DNA from: an uncultured virus (IMG/VR IMGVR_UViG_3300032219_000873) | Taxonomy: Duplodnaviria > Heunggongvirae > Uroviricota > Caudoviricetes | IMG/VR virus record: IMGVR_UViG_3300032219_000873 | DNA length: 64,000 nucleotides | Reading direction: 5' to 3' (one strand) | In this document: piece after piece, positions 7,816-17,489 of the stretch | Numbering within the stretch: position 1 is the first letter of the stretch | Layout: each line of letters starts with the position of its first letter | The notes under the pieces: model-generated | The model's database searches: none | What the model saw: only the letters and a program-made list of their open reading frames with translations | What the model was told of the DNA's origin: nothing | Translations under genes and position numbers: made by a program

Positions 7816-7972
7816 CGAAGAGTTATTCGCTAAAGCAGACTTTGAGGCTCGTCAGTTAGAAAAGCGCATAAACCGCAGGTTATCTTCTGACGAATACTCA
7901 GAGTTTGTCTGGTGGTTCATGAAAAGCTTGAAATACAGCCCTGAGCTTAGACCCCTAAATCCTTTCGGATAA
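7805..7972 (+). CDS. Hypothetical protein (55 aa)
   Basis: Read manually (MLSNEELFAKADFEARQLEK...). Confidence 0.45.
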   Translation: MLSNEELFAKADFEARQLEKRINRRLSSDEYSEFVWWFMKSLKYSPELRPLNPFG

Positions 7973-8011
7973 GTCAAACTTAATGTTGAGGGCACTACGT
8001 ATTTAAGGACT

Positions 8012-8455
8012 ATGATGAGTTGGAAGTCGCCTTTTCCAGATAAGAAGATTACGGGTCACTACGGCACTATGTCGGAGTTCCGTAAGAAGAACAACATGCA
8101 AGCACACTCGGGTACCGACTGGGCTATGCCTGAGAAGACTCCTATCCCTGCAATTGCAAAGGGAACTATCAAATTTGTTGGCGAGTCCAAGATTCTTGGT
8201 CACGTCATCGTCCAGTCTGCCGCTGACAAGGATGGCAAGATTTGGTTCATTGGTTACTGCCACCTACAGAAGGCTCCTACTTTAAAGGTGGGCGACAAGG
8301 TTGCTCAGGGTGACCCTATCGGATTGGTGGGCAACACGGGCAGCGCCTCAAGCGGGGCCCACCTTCACGCCACTTTGTCAAAGAAGGTCAAGGGCGTATT
8401 CGGGGTCACTGCTGACAAGGCTGACCTATTCAAGGCTATTAAGGAGAACGCATAA
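8012..8455 (+). CDS. M23 metallopeptidase, probable endolysin
   Basis: HSGTD, YCHL, GNTGSASSGAHLH. Confidence 0.9.
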   Translation: MMSWKSPFPDKKITGHYGTMSEFRKKNNMQAHSGTDWAMPEKTPIPAIAKGTIKFVGESKILGHVIVQSAADKDGKIWFIGYCHLQKAPTLKVGDKVAQGDPIGLVGNTGSASSGAHLHATLSKKVKGVFGVTADKADLFKAIKENA

Positions 8456-8826
8456 TGAAGGACATCGTAAAGCAAATTCTCGCTCGTGCCGCTGGTCTGT
8501 TCTTGGCGACCTTCTTCGCAGGCACTGGTGTAGGTTCTATCGCAACCAATGGTGACTGGTGGCTCGGCTCCATCATAGGTGTTGGCACCGCTTTCGCGGC
8601 CGTGGCGACTATGTTGGGCGTTTCACTCACGTGGCAGGGCAAGATTGACAATCAGGACGTGGCCAACGCATTCCGTGCCGCCGTAGCTAAAGCCGCTGAG
8701 AGCAACGAGAACCTAGAAGCAGCTTTGAAGGTCGAAGAAGACGGCGACTTCACGTTTGACGACGTAGAGTTTGACGACAACGACGACGAGTTGTTTGGCG
8801 ACGACCCAGACGACCGCAACGACTAA
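8455..8826 (+). CDS. Holin-like membrane protein
   Basis: Two TM segments, acidic tail, coupled to M23 gene. Confidence 0.6.
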   Translation: MKDIVKQILARAAGLFLATFFAGTGVGSIATNGDWWLGSIIGVGTAFAAVATMLGVSLTWQGKIDNQDVANAFRAAVAKAAESNENLEAALKVEEDGDFTFDDVEFDDNDDELFGDDPDDRND

Positions 8827-8828
8827 TA

Positions 8829-9041
8829 GTGCAAAAACGTAAGGCTTTGCGCCCCAACCAGCAGAAGTTAAAGGCTGTGTCGGGGCGCTTAGCCGTTGCG
8901 CCAGCAAAAGCGAAAAGCAAAGAAAAACCTTCCATTAAAGGGCACGCTACAACTGGCCGAGGAGCACAGGGGGAAAGCTCTAGTGGTGGTCCAGGTGTAC
9001 GCCCCATCATAAGAAAGGGCTCAACACGAGCAAGCAACTAA
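8829..9041 (+). CDS. Small basic protein
   Basis: Fills the gap between neighbours. Confidence 0.5.
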   Translation: MQKRKALRPNQQKLKAVSGRLAVAPAKAKSKEKPSIKGHATTGRGAQGESSSGGPGVRPIIRKGSTRASN

Positions 9042-9042
9042 A

Positions 9043-9396
9043 ATGTTCACCGTATCCTCTGAAGCGGCTGTGTATGTCGCATCTGGCATCTTTAGCCTTC
9101 TTATCCTTGTAAGTACTATCTGGTTTGCTGTTCGCCCAACCGTGAAAGCTGTCTCCGAGATTAACCACCAGTTAGAGGCGTTTATGCGCGACTGGAACGG
9201 GACTGTTGCAGAACCAGGCCGTGATGCTGTCCCAGGTGTGATGGAACGATTAAACCGTTTAGATGGTGAGCTAAGCCGTAATGGTGGAAAGTCTGTAAAA
9301 GACACCGTAAATAGAATTGAAAAGCGCCTAATTGAAGGCGATAAAAAGTTTGATGACTTATACAGTCGCGTTAATGCGATAGAGGATACACTTTAA
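9043..9396 (+). CDS. Membrane protein of actinophage lysis-cassette type
   Basis: N-terminal TM; DWNG...PGVMERL...NGGKSVKD.VNRIE. Confidence 0.7.
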   Translation: MFTVSSEAAVYVASGIFSLLILVSTIWFAVRPTVKAVSEINHQLEAFMRDWNGTVAEPGRDAVPGVMERLNRLDGELSRNGGKSVKDTVNRIEKRLIEGDKKFDDLYSRVNAIEDTL

Positions 9397-9398
9397 GC

Positions 9399-9941
9399 AT
9401 GAGTAATCCAAAAAGTCCTTACAGCTTTGGTGGCAACGGCGCTGGAAGCCTAGCCCAGAGCATTTCTAAGATTGGCGAAGCCTTCGGCGGCCTTAGCAAA
9501 GCGAAGCAACGTCTAAACGACAAGATGCTTGACTCTGAGATTCGCATCCGCGAGCGTGCTATCAATGACGTTTTTAAGTCTTCTCTCAAGAAGAAAGAGA
9601 TGAAGACCGCTGGCAAGGTAGAACGCAAGATTTACAAAGGCCAAGTCAAAACCAATGTAAAGGCCGCTGAGCGTCTAACGGGCACTGAAAAGGGTAAAGG
9701 CGTTGTAAAGCCTGGTTCTAACGTCTCCTTTAGCCGTGAGAATATGTCTTTCACTGCTAAAGACGCACCAAAGCCTAAAACAAGCTCCCGTAAGCCAGCG
9801 GCTAAGTCTTCAAATAAGGCTATGGTTAGTGGAGCTAACATTCCTAAGGCTCCAGTCACTGGTACAAAGCCGTCTTCAAAACCCGCGACCTCTACCCCAA
9901 AAGCAGCGGCTCCAAAAGCATCCTCTAGAAAGGCTGTGTAA
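9399..9941 (+). CDS. Lys-rich protein with histone-H1-like K/P/A/S tail
   Basis: 180 aa composition. Confidence 0.7.
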   Translation: MSNPKSPYSFGGNGAGSLAQSISKIGEAFGGLSKAKQRLNDKMLDSEIRIRERAINDVFKSSLKKKEMKTAGKVERKIYKGQVKTNVKAAERLTGTEKGKGVVKPGSNVSFSRENMSFTAKDAPKPKTSSRKPAAKSSNKAMVSGANIPKAPVTGTKPSSKPATSTPKAAAPKASSRKAV

Positions 9942-10171
9942 TGACTACTTGTGCAAACTGCGAATCACCAGCTGAGCTGGTGTACGAAGTAACCCCTAGC
10001 TTTTCTATCGTGTACTGCAACAAGCATGTACCACGAAGCATCAAGACCAACTTTTCAGGCGCTCTAAAACCTTTTGTTGAAGAAGCTCCAAAATCTACCA
10101 AGAAGAAGTCTGAACCTACAGAAGAGCCTGTAGTTGAGGATGTTTCCGTAGAAGACAATGGCGCTGATTAG
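9941..10171 (+). CDS. Small Zn-binding protein
   Basis: CANC...YCNKH. Confidence 0.65.
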   Translation: MTTCANCESPAELVYEVTPSFSIVYCNKHVPRSIKTNFSGALKPFVEEAPKSTKKKSEPTEEPVVEDVSVEDNGAD

Positions 10172-10394
10172 AAAGTTTGCAGTTCAGGGACATGAGGTCC
10201 CTAAATCTGCATACAGACCTCATGGTCCGTTCCCTCCCGAGATTCTTGCGCAAACTCGGGTAGTGTACGACGATTCTCACCCCGACTCTTTACACGAAGC
10301 ACTAGATGACGTTCGTATGTTCCGTTGTAGGGACTGCGGAGATATTCTCTATGAGGACGAACTACCCATTCATGAATGTGAGGAAGAAAACTAA
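10158..10394 (+). CDS. Small Zn-finger protein
   Basis: FRCRDC...HEC. Confidence 0.7.
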   Translation: MALIRKFAVQGHEVPKSAYRPHGPFPPEILAQTRVVYDDSHPDSLHEALDDVRMFRCRDCGDILYEDELPIHECEEEN

Positions 10395-11077
10395 TGGCCG
10401 TAAATGAAAATGGCAACCTAATTGACGACGCTGGAAACGTCGTAATTGACCACGTATGGGGTAACATGCCCATGCAACCAAACGATGACCGTGAAGAGAA
10501 CGGTGGCGGTCTTCTAAACGCCGCTCTAGACAACCACAACGTTGCTTACACCAACTGGAACGGTTACCCACTTTTCACCCCTAACAGTGCAGGACCAGAG
10601 GGCGCAGGCTACATTACTGTTGCTAGCGTTATCGGTCAGACCACTGCTAACGCAACCGACATCCTTGAGGATGCAGGTCTTGTTGTTACTGTAGGCACTG
10701 CTGCTACCAACGCTAAGAAGGACGTAACCCGCTTCAACGCAACTAGCGCAACTGTCGCTGTGGTTTACACCTCTTCTGCAAGCACCGCTTACCCAGTAGG
10801 CGCACAGGTAACCTTGCTAGCTGGTACCCCAGCTGGTTCTAGCCCAGTTAACCTACCTACCTACGCACGTGGTACTTGGACTGTAACTGCAGCAACTTCG
10901 ACCACCATTACCGTATCTGGTACTGGATTCACTGTTGCAGACACCACTGGTATCAACGAGACTGGCAACATCCACGGTGTAGCTGGAACCATCAAGACCC
11001 AGTCAGTCGCCGCAGGCGCTAACGAGATTGAAGTTGGCGACGCAATCACTATTGTTGCTTACGCAGCAGCTAGCTAA
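10394..11077 (+). CDS. PASTA-like domain protein, probably virion-associated
   Basis: Split PASTA signature (VASVIGQTTANATDILEDAGL...GTIKTQSVAAG...VGDAITIV); strong terminator downstream. Confidence 0.65.
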   Translation: MAVNENGNLIDDAGNVVIDHVWGNMPMQPNDDREENGGGLLNAALDNHNVAYTNWNGYPLFTPNSAGPEGAGYITVASVIGQTTANATDILEDAGLVVTVGTAATNAKKDVTRFNATSATVAVVYTSSASTAYPVGAQVTLLAGTPAGSSPVNLPTYARGTWTVTAATSTTITVSGTGFTVADTTGINETGNIHGVAGTIKTQSVAAGANEIEVGDAITIVAYAAAS

Positions 11078-11090
11078 TTTAGCGACCGTA

Positions 11091-11133
11091 AAAACTACAC
11101 CCCTAGTAACATTGTTGCTAGGGGTTTAGTTTT
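11091..11133 (+). terminator. Rho-independent terminator (possibly bidirectional)
   Basis: CCCCTAGTAAC-ATT-GTTGCTAGGGG-TTTAGTTTT. Confidence 0.8.
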
Positions 11134-11141
11134 AGGACATT

Positions 11142-11915
11142 ATGGCGAAATACTTTAAAGGCTACGACGCAGATGCCCGTCGCAGGCTCCTAGAACAATA
11201 CCGTCAGGGCACGGGCGCTCGTAGGCTACCGAGCTTTGGAGACCCCATCTTTGCAGACGAGCAAGGATACTCCCAAGAAGTCAGATTCAACGCTGAGGGT
11301 GAGCTAGAGGCTCGCTTTTACAAGCCGAGGAACACTGATGAAACCCCAGTTCGTGAGCCGTACATAGTTATCAACCCTGAGACGGGTAAAGAAGAGCTAC
11401 AGTACAACGCTTTAGACTTTGACAGTGTAAGCCCCGATAACGCTCGTCCAGCAGCTCTTACCATTGTCCCTACAAGTAGCACGAACTACAAGCGCCCATA
11501 CACCGTAGCTGCTGGCTGGGAGAGGTACCCTCGTCAATCTGGTGCTTCCTCAGATAATCTGGGAACGCTAACCGTGCTGTTTCGTGATGGAACTTTGTGG
11601 AACTACTACAACGTAGACCGCTCTTTCTGGGTCAAGTTTCGTTCATCTATCTCTAAGGGTGAGTTCATCGCTAAAGACCTGCCGTCTGCAGAACTAAGCA
11701 GGAACTATAACAATGGCCCTGCAGATGTCTCCAGAGTTTCAGAACAAAATCGTCAGCTTATCTATACTATTGCTCGTGCAAGCCAGTACCGCTTTTCAAC
11801 TAAGCGAGCCTACAAGTACACCAACAAAACTACTGGAGAGAGCCGTACGGTAAAGCCTGGGGCTGTCCCTAAGTCTGCCCAGAAGAAACTCGGAAAGAAC
11901 CCTAATCAGAAATAA
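11142..11915 (+). CDS. KTSC-domain-like protein
   Basis: GTLTVLFRDGTLWNYYNVDRSFWVKFRSSISKGEFI resembles the KTSC consensus. Confidence 0.65.
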   Translation: MAKYFKGYDADARRRLLEQYRQGTGARRLPSFGDPIFADEQGYSQEVRFNAEGELEARFYKPRNTDETPVREPYIVINPETGKEELQYNALDFDSVSPDNARPAALTIVPTSSTNYKRPYTVAAGWERYPRQSGASSDNLGTLTVLFRDGTLWNYYNVDRSFWVKFRSSISKGEFIAKDLPSAELSRNYNNGPADVSRVSEQNRQLIYTIARASQYRFSTKRAYKYTNKTTGESRTVKPGAVPKSAQKKLGKNPNQK

Positions 11916-12241
11916 TGCCTAAGATTCACAACATCGGACCAACACACTTCTTTCAGTACATCGACTTTCCTGTTGAGTGGGGAACTAAGCTTTACGTTAA
12001 AGGCTGGACACAAGAAATTTCTGAGCCTTTTAGGACTTCTGAGCCTTTTATTTTTAGGATGCCTAACCACAAAGCCTTTGTAGTTGGTAAGTGGACAGGT
12101 AAAATTGATAGTGAAGAAGAAGCACTAAACCGAGCAGTTCAAGGACGGGTATTAACAGATGAAGATTTTTCAACAGAAAAAGGATGGACTCCAGCTCCCA
12201 ACCTCACTAGTGAGTCGGGTAGCGAAGATTGGGACGTCTGA
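11915..12241 (+). CDS. Hypothetical protein
   Basis: TAATG coupling. Confidence 0.7.
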   Translation: MPKIHNIGPTHFFQYIDFPVEWGTKLYVKGWTQEISEPFRTSEPFIFRMPNHKAFVVGKWTGKIDSEEEALNRAVQGRVLTDEDFSTEKGWTPAPNLTSESGSEDWDV

Positions 12242-12401
12242 GCTAGTGCTCTGGGCTGAGAACGCCCTCTTTGCCATTGGCAAGAACCTAACCCAATGGT
12301 CTAGAAGCCAAGACCCTGTGCTTCTTGAGGAAGCCCACATTGGCGCAGAAGCCTTACTAGCAATTACTACAGAGCTAAAGAACCGTGAGCGCAATGGATG
12401 A
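12159..12401 (+). CDS. Hypothetical helical protein upstream of terminase
   Basis: 80 aa, overlaps both neighbours. Confidence 0.6.
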   Translation: MKIFQQKKDGLQLPTSLVSRVAKIGTSELVLWAENALFAIGKNLTQWSRSQDPVLLEEAHIGAEALLAITTELKNRERNG

Positions 12402-14001
12402 ACTTGAAGAAGACGAGTACTACGGTGAAGATAAGTTTGAAGAGATTAGTCCCGAGTACTATCAAGAAGAGCACGACGAAGAACTAGAGCAGTTCGAAGA
12501 AGAGGAAGAGGAAGACCCTCTATCTCAGGCGTTTGTAAACCGCATTATTGAAAAGATTATGCAGTTTATGGTTGTCCTAGTCGGTCATGACTTACACCCA
12601 TATCAGAAACCACTAGCCCGTCGTATTATAGAGTCCGTTATTATAAACGATGGTGAAGAAATCACTGCCCTAGCATCTCGTCAGTCAGGTAAGACAGAAA
12701 CAGTCTCCGACACCCTAGCTACACTGATGGTACTACTTCCTCTACTAGCCAAGCTTTACCCAGACCTATTGGGGCGTTTTAAAGACGGCCTATGGGTCGG
12801 AATGTTTGCACCTACTGAATCACAGGCAGAAACTTTGTTTAGCCGCACAGTGACCCGTCTAACGTCTGAGAGGGCGCAGGAAGTCCTAGGAGACCCTGAG
12901 ATTGACGACCAAGCAGCTAAAGTCGGTGGTGTAACCAGAATGATTAGGCTTAAGAAGTCTGGCTCTACGCTTACCATGATGACAGCTAACCCTCGTGCGA
13001 AAATTGAGTCTAAGTCCTTCCACGTAAGCGTTATTGACGAATGCCAAGAAGCCGATGACTTTGTAGTCTCCAAGTCAATCTCTCCGATGCTTGCGTACTA
13101 CGCAGGAACAATGATTAAAACTGGTACACCTACTACAAGTAAAAACAACTTCTATAGGTCTATCCAACTAAATAAACGCCGCGCTACTGGGCGTGGTTCT
13201 AGGCAGAACCACTATCAATGGGACTGGCGAGACGTTGCAAAGGTAAATGAAAATTATGCCAAGTTCATCAAAAAAGAGATGCTACGAATTGGAGAAGAGT
13301 CGGATGAATTCCAGATGTCTTACAACTGCAAGTGGCTTCTTGAACGAGGCATGTTTGTTACGTCTTCCGTCTTGGATGAGCTTGGTGACAAATCTCAAGA
13401 ACTCGTCAAAGTCTGGCATAAAACCCCTGTTGTGGTCGGAATCGACCCTGCTAGAAAAATGGACTCCACTGTTGTCACTGTGGTCTGGGTCGACTGGGAC
13501 CGTCCAGATGAATTTGGCTATTATGACCACCGAGTACTTAACTGGCTGGAATTACAAGGGGACGACTGGGAAGAGCAGTATTTTCAAATTGTTAACTTCC
13601 TCAATAACTACGATGTTCTTGCCATCGGTGTCGACGCCAACGGTGTCGGAGATGCCGTCGCCCAAAGACTAAAGGTGTTGATGCCTCGTGCTGAGGTAAT
13701 CGCCCTTACGTCTTCCCCTACTGAGCAGTCCAAACGCTTTAAGCACTTACAAGCTCTAATTCAACGCGGAATGATGTCCTACCCTGCTCACGCTAAGACC
13801 AAGCGCTTACGTATCTGGAAACAGTTCTACCAGCAGATGACTGACGCTGAAGTTATCTACAAAGGGCCTAACTTTACCGTAGCTGCTCCTAGGGAGAACT
13901 ACGCTCACGATGACTTTGTGGACTCTCTAGCTATTGCCTGTTCTATGACTGTAGACCTTGTTATGCCAGAGATTGAATCTACTTCAAACATGTTCTATTA
14001 A
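12385..14001 (+). CDS. terL: Terminase large subunit
   Basis: SRQSGKT Walker A, VIDECQ Walker B, GTP motif, GIDPA nuclease, HDDFVDSLA. Confidence 0.95.
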   Translation: MSAMDELEEDEYYGEDKFEEISPEYYQEEHDEELEQFEEEEEEDPLSQAFVNRIIEKIMQFMVVLVGHDLHPYQKPLARRIIESVIINDGEEITALASRQSGKTETVSDTLATLMVLLPLLAKLYPDLLGRFKDGLWVGMFAPTESQAETLFSRTVTRLTSERAQEVLGDPEIDDQAAKVGGVTRMIRLKKSGSTLTMMTANPRAKIESKSFHVSVIDECQEADDFVVSKSISPMLAYYAGTMIKTGTPTTSKNNFYRSIQLNKRRATGRGSRQNHYQWDWRDVAKVNENYAKFIKKEMLRIGEESDEFQMSYNCKWLLERGMFVTSSVLDELGDKSQELVKVWHKTPVVVGIDPARKMDSTVVTVVWVDWDRPDEFGYYDHRVLNWLELQGDDWEEQYFQIVNFLNNYDVLAIGVDANGVGDAVAQRLKVLMPRAEVIALTSSPTEQSKRFKHLQALIQRGMMSYPAHAKTKRLRIWKQFYQQMTDAEVIYKGPNFTVAAPRENYAHDDFVDSLAIACSMTVDLVMPEIESTSNMFY

Positions 14002-14090
14002 AAAGTTTGAGTTGAGTATTACAAAAGAGGTATTACAGGCCAAACTTGTAAGTGGAAAAGTCGACTATTCCAATCACTAAGGAGTTTCTT

Positions 14091-14483
14091 ATGGGTATCG
14101 CCCCAAATCCACAATTCCCTGAGCGCGGCGCTCAGGCTTACGAGATGAAGATGTCAGGCAACGCAGAGCGTCGTGGCCCACTCCGTTTCGAAGAGGGTGT
14201 TGCAACTGACACCGATGTCCCAACTGACTTCCAGAAGGGCATGGCCTCTGGCTTTGCTACTGCTCCAGGTCGTCCAAACCGTAACGCACCAGTATGGCAG
14301 AAGCCAGCTGCTGAGACTCTTTCAGAGCGTGCACACGTCGGTTCGGCTGCTTGGGTAGAGGCTCCTACCTTCTTGGGTGAGTTTGCACACGGCTCTTACA
14401 GCCAGAACTCAGAGCAGGTCATTGAGACCAAGATGGCCATGGGTCGCACCATGCGCATCAATCCAACCGTAGTAAACGACTAA
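14091..14483 (+). CDS. Hypothetical head-module protein
   Basis: TAAGGAG RBS before ATG 14091. Confidence 0.8.
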   Translation: MGIAPNPQFPERGAQAYEMKMSGNAERRGPLRFEEGVATDTDVPTDFQKGMASGFATAPGRPNRNAPVWQKPAAETLSERAHVGSAAWVEAPTFLGEFAHGSYSQNSEQVIETKMAMGRTMRINPTVVND

Positions 14484-14491
14484 TAAGTCTT

Positions 14492-14537
14492 CCTAGCTTC
14501 CGTTCCCAGTTCTCCCCTTTCTGGGAACGGGGCTAGG
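14492..14537 (+). ncRNA. Intergenic hairpin with anti-SD-like loop
   Basis: CCTAGCTTCCGTTCCCAG-TTCTCCCCTTT-CTGGGAACGGGGCTAGG. Confidence 0.55.
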
Positions 14538-14552
14538 TCCTTTAGGACTGCA

Positions 14553-14819
14553 ATGGCTGAAACCCCATCAAACCAAAAGCTTTACGCTATGGTCGTCATG
14601 CAAGCCAAGGCTAAGTACCGTATTTATCCGTCACCTGGCGCATCCCACTGGGTGCACAAGCGGTACCTAGAACTGGGCGGCAAGTTTATTGACCCAGTTG
14701 TAGAAAATGAGCGTAAACGATTTATTAGACGTATGATAGAGGCACGTGAGGGTCACCGCCCTGACGAGAAAGACCGCGACTTCAAGCACCGCGGACACCG
14801 CCTAGACAAGAAACACTAA
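14553..14819 (+). CDS. Basic hypothetical protein
   Basis: YPSPGASHWVHKRYLELGGKF. Confidence 0.75.
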   Translation: MAETPSNQKLYAMVVMQAKAKYRIYPSPGASHWVHKRYLELGGKFIDPVVENERKRFIRRMIEAREGHRPDEKDRDFKHRGHRLDKKH

Positions 14820-14824
14820 AAAAT

Positions 14825-16555
14825 ATGAGTGGCTCCTACTTCGATTTCTCACCGCCCAGCTATAGAGCGGCGTCATCTGACCTTACTATCTCCATTTCCC
14901 CTCTGGGATTGGTGGAGCTTGCTGATGAAGAATTTGAAGTACACGGCCCTCGCCTAAACCGCTACTCGCTCAACTGGGCTATGTACCTTGGTCACCACTG
15001 GGGTTACCGCCGTGAGCAGGGCGAAATGCAGATTGCGGTTAACTACTACCGCGCATTCATTGACTACCTAGCCCGATTTACCTTTGGGCATGGAGTTCAC
15101 TTCCGCTCACCAGCCAGCACCGAGCACATCGTTCCTGACCTACTTGAAAGAGTATGGGAAGTAGACAACGACAAGACCAAGATTCTGCTAGAAATGGCGC
15201 AAATTGGCGGCATTACTGGTGACTGTTTTGTAAAGATTGCTTACGAAGAGGCATGGCAAGACTCTATTGGTCGCTTCCACCCTGGCCGTGTACGTGTTCT
15301 TCCTCTTAACTCAGCTTTCTGTTTCCCAGAGTTTCACCCTCACGACCGTACTCGTCTGCTTCGTTTTAAGCAGAAGTACCGTTTCTGGGGCACCTCACTA
15401 GAAGGTACTCGTCAGGTCTTTACCTACACCGAGATTCTTACGGACGACATTATTGAGGAGTACATTAACGATGAGCTCATTGATTCGCGCCCTAACCCGC
15501 TGGGCCTTATCCCTGTTGTACACATACCAAACACACCTGTCTCTGGTTCTCCTTGGGGCCTATCTGATGCTCATGACATTATTTCTCTAAACAGGTCTTA
15601 CAACGAAATCTCTACTGATATCGCGGATATCATCAACTATCACGCTGCTCCAATCACTGTTATCGTGGGTGCAAAGGCTTCTAATCTTGAGAAGGGCGCT
15701 AAGAAGGTCTGGGGCGGTCTGCCAAAGGACGCTCAGGTATTCAACCTAGAAGGCGGTGGCTCTGGTATTCAGGGCGCTCTGCAGTACCTAGAGATGATTA
15801 AGCGCTCCATGCACGAGCTGATGAACATCCCAGAGTCTGCTCTAGGACAGTCTCAGCCTGTATCTAACACCTCTGGTGTAGCGCTTTCTATCCAGTACCA
15901 GCCTCTAATGAACCGTTGGACTCACAAGGTCGCACAGTATAAAGAAGGTCTACAGCGTATTAATGAGCTTATTATGCTCAACCTCGTTGTAAAAGAACCT
16001 GAGACCCTTGTATACAACCCTGCTGTAAACGGCCCTATTAAGCCAGGTCAGGTTGAGCGTCTAGACCCAGACGACCCAATCACTTACATCAACTACGCAC
16101 ACTTCCCTCCACCGCTACCTCTAGACAAGCTTGTACTACTTAACGAGCTTGCACAGAAGGTATCGATGGGTCTGGAGTCTAAGCACGGCGCACTACGTGC
16201 CCTTGGCGAGGAGTTCCCAGATGAGAAGCTACGCGAGATTCGTCAGGAGCTTGTTGACGAGGCACGTGCTGAGGGTGCTTTGAACTTGATGCGTGTACAG
16301 ATTCAGAAGCAGATTATGGATATGACTGGCATGATGGCTGGTCCTGACGGCACTGCTACTCCTATCGACCCAATGATAATGGGTGGTGGCGATGTTCTAG
16401 GTGATGGTCAAACTGGTCCTGTGGACCCAGCAACAGGCGCTGACCCACAGACTCAGATGGAAAACCTCGCTGCAGAGGTAGAGATTAGACAAGGTTTGTT
16501 GAACGACGCTTACAACACTGAGTTGCCAGTGCGTTCTACAATAGATAAAGACTAG
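14825..16555 (+). CDS. Portal protein (SPP1 gp6-like)
   Basis: Position, size 576 aa, NPLGLIPVVHIPN...GLSD, SNTSGVAL motifs. Confidence 0.9.
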   Translation: MSGSYFDFSPPSYRAASSDLTISISPLGLVELADEEFEVHGPRLNRYSLNWAMYLGHHWGYRREQGEMQIAVNYYRAFIDYLARFTFGHGVHFRSPASTEHIVPDLLERVWEVDNDKTKILLEMAQIGGITGDCFVKIAYEEAWQDSIGRFHPGRVRVLPLNSAFCFPEFHPHDRTRLLRFKQKYRFWGTSLEGTRQVFTYTEILTDDIIEEYINDELIDSRPNPLGLIPVVHIPNTPVSGSPWGLSDAHDIISLNRSYNEISTDIADIINYHAAPITVIVGAKASNLEKGAKKVWGGLPKDAQVFNLEGGGSGIQGALQYLEMIKRSMHELMNIPESALGQSQPVSNTSGVALSIQYQPLMNRWTHKVAQYKEGLQRINELIMLNLVVKEPETLVYNPAVNGPIKPGQVERLDPDDPITYINYAHFPPPLPLDKLVLLNELAQKVSMGLESKHGALRALGEEFPDEKLREIRQELVDEARAEGALNLMRVQIQKQIMDMTGMMAGPDGTATPIDPMIMGGGDVLGDGQTGPVDPATGADPQTQMENLAAEVEIRQGLLNDAYNTELPVRSTIDKD

Positions 16556-16655
16556 TTTTAAACGAATTTCGTGGAATTAATTTGGTTTAGATACCGAATT
16601 AGTTGAAAATGCTAAAAACTAGTTACGTAATAGGAACGGTCAACGAGCTACTTAT

Positions 16656-17453
16656 ATGGAAAACGACCAAGTCAACGAAAAGAGTACATTTATGGACGAA
16701 ACTACGCAGGCCCCAGAAACCAACGAGGCTGAAGTTACAAACAACGAGGCGGAGACTACTGAGGTGGCAAGTAACCTCTTCACTGCAGACGACATTGCTA
16801 AGGCACGTGCGCAGGAGAAGGAGAAGCTTTACCCACAGGTAGAGAAGCTAAAAGAGGAGCTAACCCTTCTTAAGCAGCGTGAGCAGGAACGCGAAGCTGA
16901 AGAGGCTCGCCGTAAGGAAGAGCGCAGAAAGCGCGAAGCCGAGGCAGCTAAAAAGAAGAAGGAAGAAGAAGAAGCAGAACTAGAGGTTCGCCAGCTGCTT
17001 CAACTTAAGGAGCAAGAGTGGCAGTCCCAGCTTGAGGCCGAGCGTCTTGAGCGTGAGAAGGCATTTGCACTCCTAGACCAAGAGCGCCGCTTCCAGGCCC
17101 TGATGCAGTATCGTCAGGCAAGACTGGAGCAGGAGCGCGAGAACATCATCCCTGAACTAATCGACATGATTCAGGGCAATTCCGAAGATGAGATTGAGCA
17201 GAGCATCTCGGCATTGAAAGACAAATCTGCAAAGATTTTCGACTCTGTCGCACAAGCTAGTGTGCAGACAAGAAAAGACATGGTAGGAGCACGGGTAACC
17301 GTACCTGCCTCAGGACCCCTGGATAATGACTCGGAGCAACGTTCGTTTACCCCTGACAGTATTAAAGACATGTCAATGGCTGACTACGCGAAGAACAGAG
17401 CCAAGCTTCTTGGCACAGGCAACAACCGTGGACAGGGTTTGTTCAACAACTAA
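16656..17453 (+). CDS. Capsid scaffolding protein
   Basis: Acidic coiled coil before MCP; ends IKDMSMADYAKNRAKLLG. Confidence 0.8.
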   Translation: MENDQVNEKSTFMDETTQAPETNEAEVTNNEAETTEVASNLFTADDIAKARAQEKEKLYPQVEKLKEELTLLKQREQEREAEEARRKEERRKREAEAAKKKKEEEEAELEVRQLLQLKEQEWQSQLEAERLEREKAFALLDQERRFQALMQYRQARLEQERENIIPELIDMIQGNSEDEIEQSISALKDKSAKIFDSVAQASVQTRKDMVGARVTVPASGPLDNDSEQRSFTPDSIKDMSMADYAKNRAKLLGTGNNRGQGLFNN

Positions 17454-17489
17454 TCAAACAACCTAACGACCGAAAGGACTTGAACCACT

